A DNA stretch of 62,293 nt, counting the filler, from Chiloscyllium plagiosum (Eukaryota), in NCBI RefSeq assembly GCF_004010195.1. It is 4 parts of one record of this genome, joined end to end, with 100 filler letters (N's around TTAATTAATTAA, not from the genome) between each part and the next. Parts side by side here need not be neighbours in the genome. Positions count along the whole stretch, not along the records: positions 1 to 13,735 come from NC_057717.1; 3 more parts are not named here. One strand, given 5' to 3'. Of this stretch, positions 1 through 11,418 are shown in pieces. Within the stretch, counting starts at the first letter, position 1; each line of letters opens with the position of its first letter. The translations under genes were made by a program, and so were the position numbers. The notes beneath the pieces are model-generated. The model searched no databases. It was not told the DNA's origin and saw only the letters and a program-made list of their open reading frames with translations.

Positions 1-742
1 TGTTTGGGTATAACTCATGTCTTCCACTGTGAAGACTGGCACAAAATATTTTTTCAGTTCCTCAACAATTTCCTTGTTCCCCACTACTTTCTGTCAATTG
101 TAATTTCCCAATGGCCCATTGTCAACTTCTTCCTCTCTTTTGCGTTTATATGGATAAAGAAACAACTGCAGTCTCCCTTTATATTAGTAGTTATCTTATA
201 TTTAATCTTCTCCCTCCTCATTTGTTTGGTTGTTGCCCTTTGTGGGTCTCCGTGATTTTCCCAATCCTCTGATTACCCACTGTCCTTCGCCACATTATAT
301 ATTATCTCTTTTGCCTTTATGCTATCGATGACATCCTCAGTCCGCCATGGTTGCCTCATCCTCCTTATACCATGCCTCATTTTCAACAGGATGTCTCTGA
401 TGTGTCTGATGAATTACACTCAGACACTCCTGCTACTGCATTTCCACTTTCCTGCTTTCTTGCTGGGCTCCTCTCCTCACCAATTTCACCCAGCTCCTCC
501 CTCATGCCAACGTACTTGCCTTTATTCAACTTTAATACCGTTACCTCTGATTGTGTATTCTCCCTCTCAGGGTAATTGCAGGGTAAATTCAATCATATTA
601 TCATCACCGCCTCCTAAGGGTTCCTTCATCTTCAGCTCCCTTGTCACGTCTGCCTCATTGCACAATGCTAAATCGAGTATTGCCTGTTCCCTACTTGGCT
701 CCACCACATGGTGCTCCAAAAATCCATGTCGTCGACAATCCA
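1..742 (-). mobile_element. Degraded CR1-type LINE ORF2 fragment (endonuclease end and linker)
   Basis: Reverse complement of 21-51 reads YFVPVFTVE, matching the CR1 YFxSVFT motif; 560-740 resembles the EPT..AILDL..EPLGxxDHN endonuclease end; many stops. Confidence 0.7.
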
Positions 743-1020
743 CAATTGAATTGAATTGAATCTAGTGTCACGTGCACTGAGGCACAGTGAAAAGCTTTGT
801 CTTGCGATCAATGCAAGCATATCACAGAGTTAAGTTGCATAGAGGTATAAATAATCTGCAAACATATAATAGGTTGTCCTTTGTGTTTGTCCGGGCCGAG
901 TTCACCACTCGCTGTAACCGTCTCTGATCTTGAATGGTACAGGTACCAATCAAGGTAGTGATACATCCAGACAGAATGCTCTCAATTGCGCACCTATAAA
1001 AGTTGGCTAATGTATTCTCA
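743..1020 (-). mobile_element. Rex1/Babar LINE 3' fragment, internally deleted
   Basis: Reverse complement of ~875-1020 reads roughly TLANFYRCAIESILSGCITT..GTCTIQDQRRLQRVVNSART, typical of the Rex1/Babar RT C-terminus; short (TTGAA)n tail at ~745-760. Confidence 0.75.
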
Positions 1021-1039
1021 GTGGTACTTCAAGTGATCA

Positions 1040-1230
1040 TCGATTTGGTTTTAAATTTCCACCACCACTAACGAGATGCCATCATCAGACATATAACCCT
1101 CTCCCGTCCCTGTCCACCATCCACAGTGACCATTCCCTACAGTAAACCCTTTTGCAATCTACCTTCACTCCCAAAACTTGAACCAAGTCGCCCCATGGAG
1201 TCTTCCCCCTGCATCTCTGCTTTCCTGACA
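1040..1230 (+). mobile_element. Penelope-like element fragment (upstream of GIY-YIG)
   Basis: Degenerate match to FRHLQRDATTRHIFPSPPLSAFRRDHSL seen in fish Penelope ORFs. Confidence 0.5.
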
Positions 1231-1239
1231 CATAAATGC

Positions 1240-1691
1240 ACAGAACGTAAAAATCCGAGCAGGATGAGGCTGTCCAGCCCTTCAAGCCTGCTCCGCCCTT
1301 CAATTATATAATTGCTGATCTTTCTAAAGACTCAAATCCGCTTACTCGTCCTCTCAATTTTATTGAACGAGCGTCAACTTCTTCGCTGGGCAAGTTATTC
1401 CATATATTAACATCCGTCTGGGTAAAGAAGGTCCTTCTGAACTCAGTGTAAGTTTGCTCCCTCTAATCCTGAGGCTATGCTCTCTTGTTCGAGTTTCACT
1501 CGAATGTGGAAGCATCCTTTCTAAATCTATCTAATCTATTCCGTTCAAAGTTTTATGTTTCTGTAAGATGGCTCCCTCATTTTTCTAAATTCCAAAGAAA
1601 ATAATCCTAATCTACACAGTCTCTCTTTATAGGCTAACTCCCTCAACTTCGGAATCAATCTAGCGAACCTCCTCTGCACCCCTCCGGACAC

Positions 1692-1722
<31 letters not shown>

Positions 1723-3380
1723 ACACACCCAAGTGCCAGTGCATCCATTCTCAAGGACGGGAACCAAAAATGCACATAGTACACCAAGGGTAGCCTCACC
1801 AGCACCTTGTACAGCTGTAACATAACATCTCTGCTTGAACCTTCATGAGCCTACGTTGGTGCTTTCCATCTTCAATCTCGATGCCCTGTTTATTCTTCCT
1901 TGATAATAGCCTCGAGCATCTTCCCCACTGCAAAAATTAAGCTAACTGATCAATAATTCCCAATCTTTTATCCATCTCCCTTTTCTCAGCAGTGGTGTCA
2001 CACTAGTTGTTTTGCAACTTGCACGGACGGCCACGCAGTCGAGTGAATTCGAAAATTGCCACAAGAGCACTTGCTGTTTCTCCCGCAATCTCCTTTAATA
2101 CCCTGAGGTGCATTCCCTCACGGCCAGGCACCTTGTCGAACCTCAGCTCCATTAGCTTGCCTAACACTAGCTCTTCCGTAATAATGTTTATTTCCAGGTC
2201 CTCACCTGCATTTGTCTCTTTAAAACTTACTGGCATGTTATTAGCATCCTCCACTGTGAAGACTGACACAAAATACAATGCCTCGGCCATTTCATCCCAT
2301 CGCATAACTAAATTTCCCTTCTCATCCTCGAAAGGACCAACCTTTAAGTTAGCCACTCTTCCTTCGTTTTATATTTTCATAGAAAATTTTGCTATCCGTC
2401 TTTGTATTCTGTACTTCGTAATGTTTATCTTTAATGTTTCCCCAATCTTCCAGGTTCAATCTGTTTTCGGCTATATAGTATGCTTTCTCTTTGACTTTGG
2501 GAGCCTCCCTTATTTCCGAAGTCACGCAAGGCAGATTACACCTTTTCTTGCAGTCCTTCCTTTTTACTGGAAAATACTTTTGCTGAGCACTTCTACAAAA
2601 AAAAAATCTTTTTTGGAAGTCCTCCGCTGCTCGATATCTGACCCACAAAATGACCTTTGTCTCCAGTCTACATTAGCCAAGTGCACTCTTGTTCTATTGT
2701 TGTGCCCCCTCTACATGCACAGGTTTTTATCTTCACATTCCCCATCTGAAGTCTAAGTTCTGCCATATTGTGATCATTCGTTCCAAGAGGATCCCTAACT
2801 ATGAGATCATTAATTATTCCTGTTCCATTACACAGGACCAGATCAAGGATTGCTTTCTCCCTCGTCGGTTCCATTGCATACTGTTCAAGCAAACCATCAT
2901 GGGAACATTCATTGACCTCCTCGTCAAAGGTACTGTGACTGAGCTGGTTCGACCAAGCTACATGAAGATTAAAATCCCTAATGATAATAGCTGACCCATT
3001 TTTACAGGCATTGCTTATTGGTTTGTTTATTGCCTTCACCAGTGTAACGTTATTATTTGTTGGCCTGTCGACTGCACTCATCAGTGACTTTTTCTTCTTA
3101 GAATTTCTACTTTCCATGCAAAGTAATTCAAACTCATTCTCAATAGAACACATATTGTCTCTCCACACGGCCCTGATGTTGGCCTTGAATAACAGAGAGA
3201 CACCAACTTCTTTACATTGCTCTCTAAACTTCTAAATACTCTCGTACTCCTGGATATTTAACTCCCAATTGTGTCCAGCCCTTAACCGTATCTCTCTAAT
3301 GGCTATTAAATCATTTTCATTCGTGTTGATTCATGCCATTAAGTCTTCAACCATTTACAAATGCGATCAGCATTCATGTG
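1240..3380 (-). mobile_element. CR1 LINE ORF2 relic: APE endonuclease, linker and RT C-terminus/3' end, with the RT core deleted
   Basis: ORF 2668-3168 has IIIRDFNL, EPTREKAILDLVL and PLGTNDHN; ORF 2003-2356 has YFVSVFTVED; ORF 1545-1823 has LQLYKVLVR..VQRRFARLIPKLRELAYKERL. Only ~120 bp separate the NYRPVSL-like motif (~1940-1960) from the C-terminal block. Confidence 0.9.
1691..1730 (+). repeat. Poly-C plus (CA)n microsatellite inside the CR1
   Basis: Directly visible. Confidence 0.9.
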
Positions 3381-3489
3381 AAGTTCCTTCTATTAGGTAT
3401 CTTGTCCTCATGATTTCTCTAATAATATTTCCGTTTGCTTCTTGTCTCTACTGACCTGTCTATTGGCGTCTTCTCTCCTCTGTTTCCAA

Positions 3490-4085
3490 TTGCCCAAACA
3501 CACTTTCCAGGTGAAGCAACACATGAACAGCACTTCACGCAACCCAATCTACTGCAATGTGGTTTCCACTATTTTGGGAAACGAAGTTTGCATTCGATGA
3601 ACACATTGCAGACCATTCAAGTTCCAGTGAAACTCAGGGCATGCTGGAAGGACCCCACCTCGGTTTGTATTTGGGGAGTCTGCAGCCTTCCAGACCCCAT
3701 ATTATTTTCATTTTTTAGGCCCTGAACTCTCCCAATCCTATCTCTCTATCAAACACGCCAAGACCCGGTTTAAGCATAGCCTGCCATAACACACTACATA
3801 TGGTTCGCCACTAACAGTTTCCATTAACAGCTATTCACCCTGCCAGCCAGATCATGATCTACTCCTTTGTCCAACTGTTCTTCTCTCTATTTGAACTCTA
3901 TCCATCTCTTTCGTTTATTCCTTACCCTCGCCCAAACCCCACTATATCTTCTGCAGATAAACCAATATTTTCCAAGCTATCGTCAGTTCTGAGGATGGTC
4001 ACTGGACTCGAAATGTTAATTCTGATTTCTTTTTCAGATGCTACTGGACCTGCTGAGTTTTTCTAGCACCATCTGGTTTTGCACT
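3490..4085 (+). mobile_element. Penelope-like element 3' portion (GIY-YIG remnant and terminal repeat with hammerhead motif)
   Basis: Degenerate FQVKQH...QCG..YxGET.. near 3505-3620; 3985-4022 is AGTT-CTGAGGA-T-GGTC-ACTG-GACT-C-GAAATGTT-AATT followed by the usual GATGCT..GACCTGCTGAG tail. Confidence 0.7.
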
Positions 4086-4829
4086 AGTTAGAGTCGGATA
4101 CTGTGAATATTCGAATAAGAATGACTGCGCATGACCTGGTAGAAGCCTGTTACTTTGCTTGTGCAATGATCCCCTTCTCGGATGACAGAACTGTGTTCCT
4201 TTTGAAAAGTTCTCTTGTGGATAGTTCCCATTACAAGGTGAGCCATCGGCATTAACTTCTTAGGTCAATGAAGACAGCAATCATTTCTACCGCAATTCTA
4301 TCAAGGATGTGATGAACAGCAGAGAGAAAAAAAATCCCTCATGTCAGATGTGAACGGATTGGAGTCCACGCAGGAAGTGTCATCAAGTGGCGGTCTTTTT
4401 TCGAATAGAAAACACTGAAACGCTTTCTCACTGTAACAATGTGCCATTGGGTATAAAAGCTAAAGGTTTAATAGGTGCAAAGGCTGAAAACAGCGTCTTC
4501 CCGTTAAAATAGGTGAATGCGTCCCCTCCAATGTGAGAGTACACTAGTGTACAGTTATAAAGATATATGGATCAATCACTTTACATATTCAGCTGGCGAG
4601 CAGTCCCTTTGTGGGAAGACATCTGTATAGAATGCAGGAAGATGCACTGATAGGTTCTTGGTCAGTTTTAAATCGGATCTGAGAAGATTCTGGAGGTTTT
4701 GAGAGTCTTAAACGTGGACAAATCCCCCGCTCAGAGTGGAGTTGTACCTCACGTAACATTGTGAGACAAAGGAGCAATTTATGGGGCTCTGACCAATGTT
4801 TCACATTCCTTTTTGGCCACAGGAGAGTT

Positions 4830-5170
4830 GGTCAAGGACTGCAGGACTACTAATCGGGTTCACTTTTTTTTACAAGGCAGGTAGAAACAAACCAGCGAAA
4901 TACAGCCAAGAGAGTCTCACAGGAGTGGTCGGGAAACGTTTGGAGAAACATTTGAAGGAGAGAATTAATTGCGACTTGTCCAGGCAAGGTTTGATCAAGG
5001 CGTCAGCATGGTGTTGTCAAAGGAGGTAATGCATAACAGATCTGATTACATGGTTTGAGGAAGTGATCAGATGTTCAAACGAGGGGAGTGGAAATGATGT
5101 CGTGTATGTGGGTTTGAGTGAGATTCCCCACGGGAGACTGATAACAGGGTAAAAACATAAACAATTCACG
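4830..5170 (+). mobile_element. CR1 RT N-terminal fragment
   Basis: YKAGRNKPAKYSQESLTGVVGKRLE..CITDLITWFEEV..DVVY..IPHGRL resembles KKG..PGNYRPVSLTSVVGK..CLTNL..FFEEV..DVVY..VPHGRL. Confidence 0.75.
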
Positions 5171-5905
5171 ATCACGAGGTGTCAGCCAAATGGATCAGAG
5201 AATCAGGTACAAAGCTGGCAAGCGGTTTGATGAAACAAATTGACATCGGGGTAAAGACATGTACCAGGCTGACCCAGAACTCATTCTCTGCACAGATGGC
5301 AAGAATGTTCTCCCCCTAGCAGAGAGTGCAGGCAGATTTCATAGGAGGACAAAACAAAGAGGATAATTTTAAAGCTGTAACAGCATAGTGGCGAAAAATG
5401 GAAAGAGATCAAAACAAGAATAAACTAAATATAATTTAAACAACGTCTGGCAGTAACAATTCATTTGTAATTGCCACTGGAGATTCCAGCCATCTCTTTG
5501 AATGGGTGCAAATGTCTTCTCGAGGATTCTTAACGGTACTTCCTGTCTGCACGAGTATGTCTAAATGTTCCTTCTCCTGTCATTCAGTTCTGGCCATTGT
5601 GTTCCTCCTGGGAGCAAAGTCTTCCGGGGTCTCTCAGTCTGCCTCTTTGTTTATGCGCCATCAGTTTATATGGGTAATGACACTGCGCTTAGGGTATTAG
5701 GACTGAAGTGATGATCGAGGTGAGGAACTTACTGGGAGGGCTGTTTGAGAAGTTATTATCTGGTCTGGGAGTAGCTTAGAATATCTGGATTCGATATTCG
5801 CCTGTTTGGCCACGACTTAGGCATTGTGGATGTGTTCTGTTTTGTTGGCAGGTATGATTTCTGTGTTTCGCCAACATGCTTCTGTGTTTTTTCTATGTGG
5901 TTATG

Positions 5906-7430
5906 CTATGAGTGGGAAGTGTACCGGATTTTCTCCACAGTTTGCTCTTTGCTGAAGAGCATGTTGAAAAGGTGCAATGTAGCCCAGAAAGGGGAGGCTA
6001 TCAGTGGTGGGGCTTCGGTGTCAGAGAGGTAGTAGTCAGTGTCTGAATCTGACCCAGCGTAGTTTGTGTCAGGGTAGGGGATCTCACTCCAGCGAACTTG
6101 TACAAGCTGGTTTGTGAGGAGAGGAGGGGTAAAAGTGCTGTACAAAACCGGCAGCAGCACATACGGAGGCCCATGGCCGGGATAATGATACCCACAACCG
6201 CAATAAAAGATATCAGTTCCTCTAGCAGTTCAGTGCCCCGTGAGCCATGCCAGGAGGTTGCCCAGGTCCACAGCTCCCAGTGGGACTCCGGTTCATTTGG
6301 GTCAGAAGCAGCCTGTGGACAGGTCCGTTATATTTTCGTTGGGTTCAGGGATGTAGGTACAGAAGTCTTTGCGAATGAAGCCGCTAGTTCCCCTTTTTTT
6401 GTCCAGTCAGTAGTCCATGGCCATTACGTTTTGCTGGGCCACAGTGCGAATGGCGAGAGCCTCTGCATTCAGCTGGGCAAGCCCTTCAGCCGTGGCATGT
6501 TATCTCCTCCAGCATGGTGGCCAACTGATGAGCATCGATGTCGAGGTGCAGGGTGTTCGTAAGTTGTCACAAAAAGGGGGGAGAGGGTATCTCGTCTGGG
6601 GCAGTGAAGGCGCGTTTTCTGTCGGAAATAAGCTTCTGGAAAGGAGACGACTGGGAGTGGTAAAGGAGTGGTACCACATACCACGTGCCAGCCCATGACA
6701 ACGCCAGCCAGGGTATGACTTCTGGCCGCAGACAATATAAGTGTCATTGTATGTTCTTCGGTGGTGGGTTTGGAATCCCGTCCAAATATTATTGAAAATG
6801 GAATTGTGGGCAGACATATTGTGGCCAGGTATATCTAGGACCTGCACTCTGCTACAGACCAGAGTACTGCAGAGGTCAAGAGCAGTGAGTTTGTGCACCA
6901 GATCCAGTCAGCCACCCATGCGGGTGGCTGGCTTCTCGTCAGGCAGATGATTCCTGTGTGTGAACCCCATGCGGTGGTGTCAGTGATGGTCAAGGTTGGG
7001 TGAGAGGTTCTGGGCTGTTTAGAAAAATCCTGTGATTTTGTCGAGGTGGTATACTGCGGATTTCCAGTAGGCTCAGCTATGAGCCACATGAATGGGCGGT
7101 CTGATTAGCAGACTGATCGTTGTGACCCCTGGGACCTGTCCAGTTTTAGCCACAATTCTGCCATCTCTGCGGTGGTAAAAGGGACTGCGCCGTGGGGAAT
7201 GCCTCCGTAGGAATATTCAGAGAAACCATCACAGACCCAGCAGCTGGTCTGGTTTACCCTCTGGGCATAACCTGTGGGTTATATCAAGGAAAACGTTCAC
7301 CCAAGGCTCACGGTGGATTAAGTGCCCTGTTCTGTGTGTCCTGTTACCGATCAGTGGTAATGTGCAAGTCAGACCAAGAGTGATGATCTCGATGGCTGCA
7401 GCGAGCAGCGGGATCGCTCTGTGGTGTCTG
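5906..7430 (-). pseudogene. env: Retroviral envelope (gamma-type SU/TM), disrupted
   Basis: Signal-like IPLLAAAIEIITLGLTC (~7370-7420); NQTSCWVC with the CXXC at 7231-7242; RLLSR/SLF cleavage-like site (~6635-6652); heptad plus immunosuppressive domain AEGLAQLNAEALAIRTVAQQNVMAMDY*LDKKRGTSGFIRKDFCTYIP (~6347-6492, degenerate LQNRxxLD..CX6CC); membrane anchor GIIIPAMGLRMCCC (~6150-6200). Confidence 0.88.
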
Positions 7431-7489
7431 GAGCTGAATCCTGTTCTGCTTGGTTGTCCATCTGTGGAGGCGGAGCCCTCTTTCACCGG

Positions 7490-10400
7490 GTCGCATTCTG
7501 GTCTCCCTTGGAGCGTCACAGCTGTTGTGGTCATGAGACAGGCCAAGAGTGGTCCTTTCCATCTACGGGAGAGAGAATCTTTCGGCAGGGTCTGTCTCAT
7601 TACATATTGCCCAGTTTAAACTGGTGAAGTGGATCCTGCCGTGGTGTTGACACGGCAGCTTCTTTTTTTGTTTTGTTTTATATTACCCCCACACTATTGC
7701 CGAACTACGGTAGTCTTTATTTTTTCCCAGCACCCATGTTGTGTGTGTGTAGGTTTGAGACACAGTGAAGAACACAAGATGCACGAATCTGTATTCAGTT
7801 TCCATCAGTAGAAAAAAAGAAACACCCAAGTGGCCAGTACACTGCAGCTTTTACAAATCATGGGTTAAAGTAATCTTCTACTAAGGGCTTGAATCTAATC
7901 CAAGAGAGTTTCCTGTGATCAGAGCAGCGCTGTGCCATTGGCTAGGTTTGGGTCCGGCTGTTGGAATGAGTCGTTCCATTAGCACTTCAAATGGTGTAAA
8001 ATCCGTCGTTTGGTTTCCCTATCCTCTTACTGTGTAAAACACCAGTGGTCGACCATCTGACCAAGCCAGTCCTGTGTCCTGATGATTTTATGGAGGGTGG
8101 TCTTGAGGCTGCCGTTCACTGACGCCACCATTCCTGATGACTGGAGGATGATACATAATGTGGTATCTCCAGGGTATCCCGAGGGCGTCCCCGTCAGCAG
8201 TAATGAGCTTCGCGTTGAAATGGGCCCCATTCCCCGCATGATTCTATGTGCCCTGACATAGAAACCTCTTGTAATAACGTCGTGCAGGATACACTTTATC
8301 ACTGCTCTGGGGGCATTTTTTTGATGGGTAATGACTTGACCCATTTTGAAAACATGTCGACATTAACTAGGATATACTTGTATTCCTCCTTCTGAGGAAT
8401 GTGGGCAAGGACAATTACAAGGTGGGTGAAATGACCCTCACGAACTTTTATTTAGTCATGTTTGGCCATCGGCATCCCTGCATTTTTTGGTAGACAGATG
8501 AGACACTGTGACAGCAGGGCTTGGGCAGCTGCAGTGAATCCCGCTGCATGCCAGGAATGGTTGGCAGCATCTTGCTTCTGTGTTCGATTCCGTGTGCTGC
8601 CAGTGCCAATAATTGCAGATGGGCTTTCAGGTAGACGATGCAGGGGTGGATAAGAATCTGCAAGGACGGTGATTGTAGGCATTAATGCGGGCCCATGCGG
8701 CCCTCTCATCTGGTGCGACGACTTGCTATGCTGCTCGGACTGTGTGGTCTGTAGGACATAAGTAGCCAATGATAGTGCAGATTCCCGGGTGGCTGCATCA
8801 ACTGAGGCATTTGCTTGGGTGACAGCATCGGTGGCAGAGTTGTGGGCGTCACATTTTATAATTGCGACAGCGGCAGGTAGCAGGACTGCTTCTAGGATGT
8901 TGGCAATGAGTGCTGCACTTTGGAGTGGTCTCACTGCTGCGCTGATGAACTTCCTCTGTTTCCATATTATGCCAAAGTCCTGAACGACTCCAAAGGCCCA
9001 TCTGGAGTCTGTGTAGATATTGGCTGTGCAACCCTGTGCCAGGTTACAGGCTCTGATGAGCGCAAAGAGCTCTGCCGCCTGTGTGGACACCCCAACTGGT
9101 AAAGCAGCTGATTCGAGAATGGTGAAGGGGGTGCAGATGGCTTGGCCTGCTAATGTGTATCGGTGTGATGGCCGGAAGGAAGAGCTGCTATTGAAAAGAA
9201 TCTGGTCAGGATTTTCTCAGACCGGTCAGGACACCTCCTGAACCAGGCGAAAGTTAAGACTGCAGATAATGGAGATTAGAGTATAGATGAGAATGGCGCT
9301 GGAAAAACACACCAGGTTATACAGCATCCGAGAAGCAGGAAAATCAATGTTTCTGGCAGAAGCCTTTTGTCAGGAATGCTGAACCAGGTCCAAGCCGTTG
9401 TGGTTGTCTGCAGAATCATGTTAGATGAGCTGAATTAGGGTGGCTGGGTTCAAAACTCGGGCGCGGTAAAGGGAAAGGTTTGCCGAGATCACAAAGTGAC
9501 CTCATGACCAGTTCTTAGAGTTGCAGTAAAATGTTGGATTGCTGCTGAATGAAGCAGCAGGGAGAGCGACAGTGGGACCAAAACATTACACGAGTGACCT
9601 AGCACACTGGGGGTGGCCTTATCCACTGTTACTGTGGTTGCTGCCATGACACACAAACATGCCAGCATTCCGCTCATAACAGGTGATAACTAAACATTAT
9701 AAAATGCAAAAGGGCGATGGAGATCCCCATGAAGCTGTGTTAAAATGCAAGGCGCGAACCCGTCTAGCTTGGTTACACAAAGATAGAAGCCCCGTGAGTA
9801 ATCGGGGACTGTCAGAGCAGGAGTGGAAATTATTTGTTGCTTCAGTTCAGTGAATGCCCATCGCATTTCGGATGTTGACTTCACTCTGGCTGGCTGTTTA
9901 GGGGAAGCTGCCTCCCGCAGACGTGCATCAATAGCACAAGGGACAGAAATTCAGGGGCTGCAGTAGTTTACCAGCTCCAGAAACACTTGTGCAGCCTGTT
10001 CATGGCAGTTAGGGGAAGCTGGGTGATGACACCCAATTGCTCCTTGGACAGTGCTCTGAGGACAACCTGTGCTTGACAGATACCCTTTGCCCATCCTGTG
10101 CCAGACTGCAGAGCAAGGTTGCCATAAACTGCTTGCATGGAGTAGCGGAAGTGGCAGGCAACAGCAAGCCATCCGCATACTGAAGGCACGTGCTGTGGCA
10201 TGGTAGGTGAAGGGTGGACAGGGTGAGGTATACTGCAGCAGCATAAATTTGGGGCTCGCCGAATATCCTTGGGGAAAGCCGGTCCATATATTTTGGCAGC
10301 CGCCATATGTAAAAACATAAAGTTTCAGGGACTAACTAAATGGCGAATGAGGCTGAGCAAAGTTCAATTACAAGAATATCAGGTGGAGGAGGCGGGGATA

Positions 10401-10680
10401 CTGACCAGGATAGCATTTGTGTCCGGGACTACTGGGAAGCAGGGAACAACAGTGGCACTGACAGCCCTACGATCTTGCAAAAAGCGCCATTTGCATGATT
10501 TTTCATGCTTCGGGATAGTTAAGAAAGGAGCGTTGCATGAGGTGTTGCAGAGGTAATTGAATAACTGGTTTGATTCCTAATACTGCTGCGGGTGATACGG
10601 GTATTATAGTATTGATGGCAGATTGCTCCTGTCTGGGTGTAACTATTTGATTAGGCGGATAACAGCAGGCCTGCATGGTT
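7490..10680 (-). pseudogene. pol: Retroviral pol (RT, RNase H, integrase), disrupted
   Basis: RT: APCNT-like, KWRFLQDRRAVSATVVPCFPVVPD (~10420-10500) and LQYADG (YxDD, ~10168-10185). RNase H (ORF 8452-9090): STQAAELFALIRAC..NIYTDSRWAFGVV..IIKCDAH. IN: SQCLIC zinc finger, YKYILVNVDMFSKWV, and RWKGP (GPY/F) at ~7550-7565. Confidence 0.92.
7661..7920 (-). mobile_element. Short A-tailed retroelement 3' end inserted in the integrase C-terminal region
   Basis: Interrupts IN homology; the minus strand shows AATAAA (complement of 7715-7720), a CTAC..TAG hairpin-like stretch and an A-rich tail (T-run at 7661-7680). Confidence 0.5.
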
Positions 10681-10683
10681 CTA

Positions 10684-11142
10684 TTATTGTGCCCACAGCG
10701 CACACAAAACTCGCCCTGTCCAATCAGTGCATGCTCGACGAAAGGGTCTGACCCGCCTAAATGGTGTGAAATGTATTGTTGGTTGTGCGACATGCCCTAT
10801 CATGGTTGTGAGATCTTTGGGGAGCCACATGTTCTTAATTATAAAGGAATTGTGCGGGACTGATGCCAGTGCAGCCTGCTCTGCGCTGAATTGCACGTCT
10901 GCTACAACACCCTGTGGTCTGGTAAAATATCTACCAGTGATGGCCAGTGGGGAGATGAGCTCCAGATGTGAGTCCATGAGTGGAGGATATGTTGATGCTC
11001 GTTCCCGGGGGGCAGAAGCTGGACAGTGAAATTGACAGATGAAACGGCCACCCACCAGAGAATGGATGAAGGATAAGGGTGTAGTTGATATCCGGGAGCG
11101 GAGAGAGTCAGGAAGGGTGAGGGTTGGTTCTGGCGGGCACAA
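10684..11142 (-). pseudogene. Putative 2H phosphoesterase-like domain between the (missing) protease and RT
   Basis: 152-aa ORF directly upstream of RT with FHCPA (His codon 11026-11028) and VPHNSF (His codon 10852-10854), 58 codons apart, followed by WLPKDLTTMI. Confidence 0.55.
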
Positions 11143-11418
11143 TCAGGTGCATGAGCCATATACTAATCTCACAACTAACAGCAGGGCAATTCCAAACTAC
11201 TCTTTCAAAGATCCTGGAGCCTTAGTGCACTGCCACGTCCCAGAAAGTGCTGAAAAGAGAGAAAGAAAGAACAGAATAAGATTGGGCCATAAAACGTGAA
11301 TTTCACCAATCACAGTCTCGATTAGATTACATTTCCCTTTCGCTGTCTCCAGGACAGAAATGAAGGAAGGGGAGAAATTTACGAATATATGGCATCATAA
11401 TTCATTGGAATCATTTTC

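Noticed and set aside
2007..2756. 249-aa plus-strand ORF (similarly 6098-6562)
   Set aside because: These are antisense frames of CR1 and env with no independent protein signal.
4090..4760. 3' LTR of the ERV (CTCACGTAACAT at ~4748 also occurs at ~12203)
   Set aside because: Only ~12 bp match clearly, there is no adjacent polypurine tract, and a CR1 fragment intervenes; a diverged solo LTR cannot be excluded.
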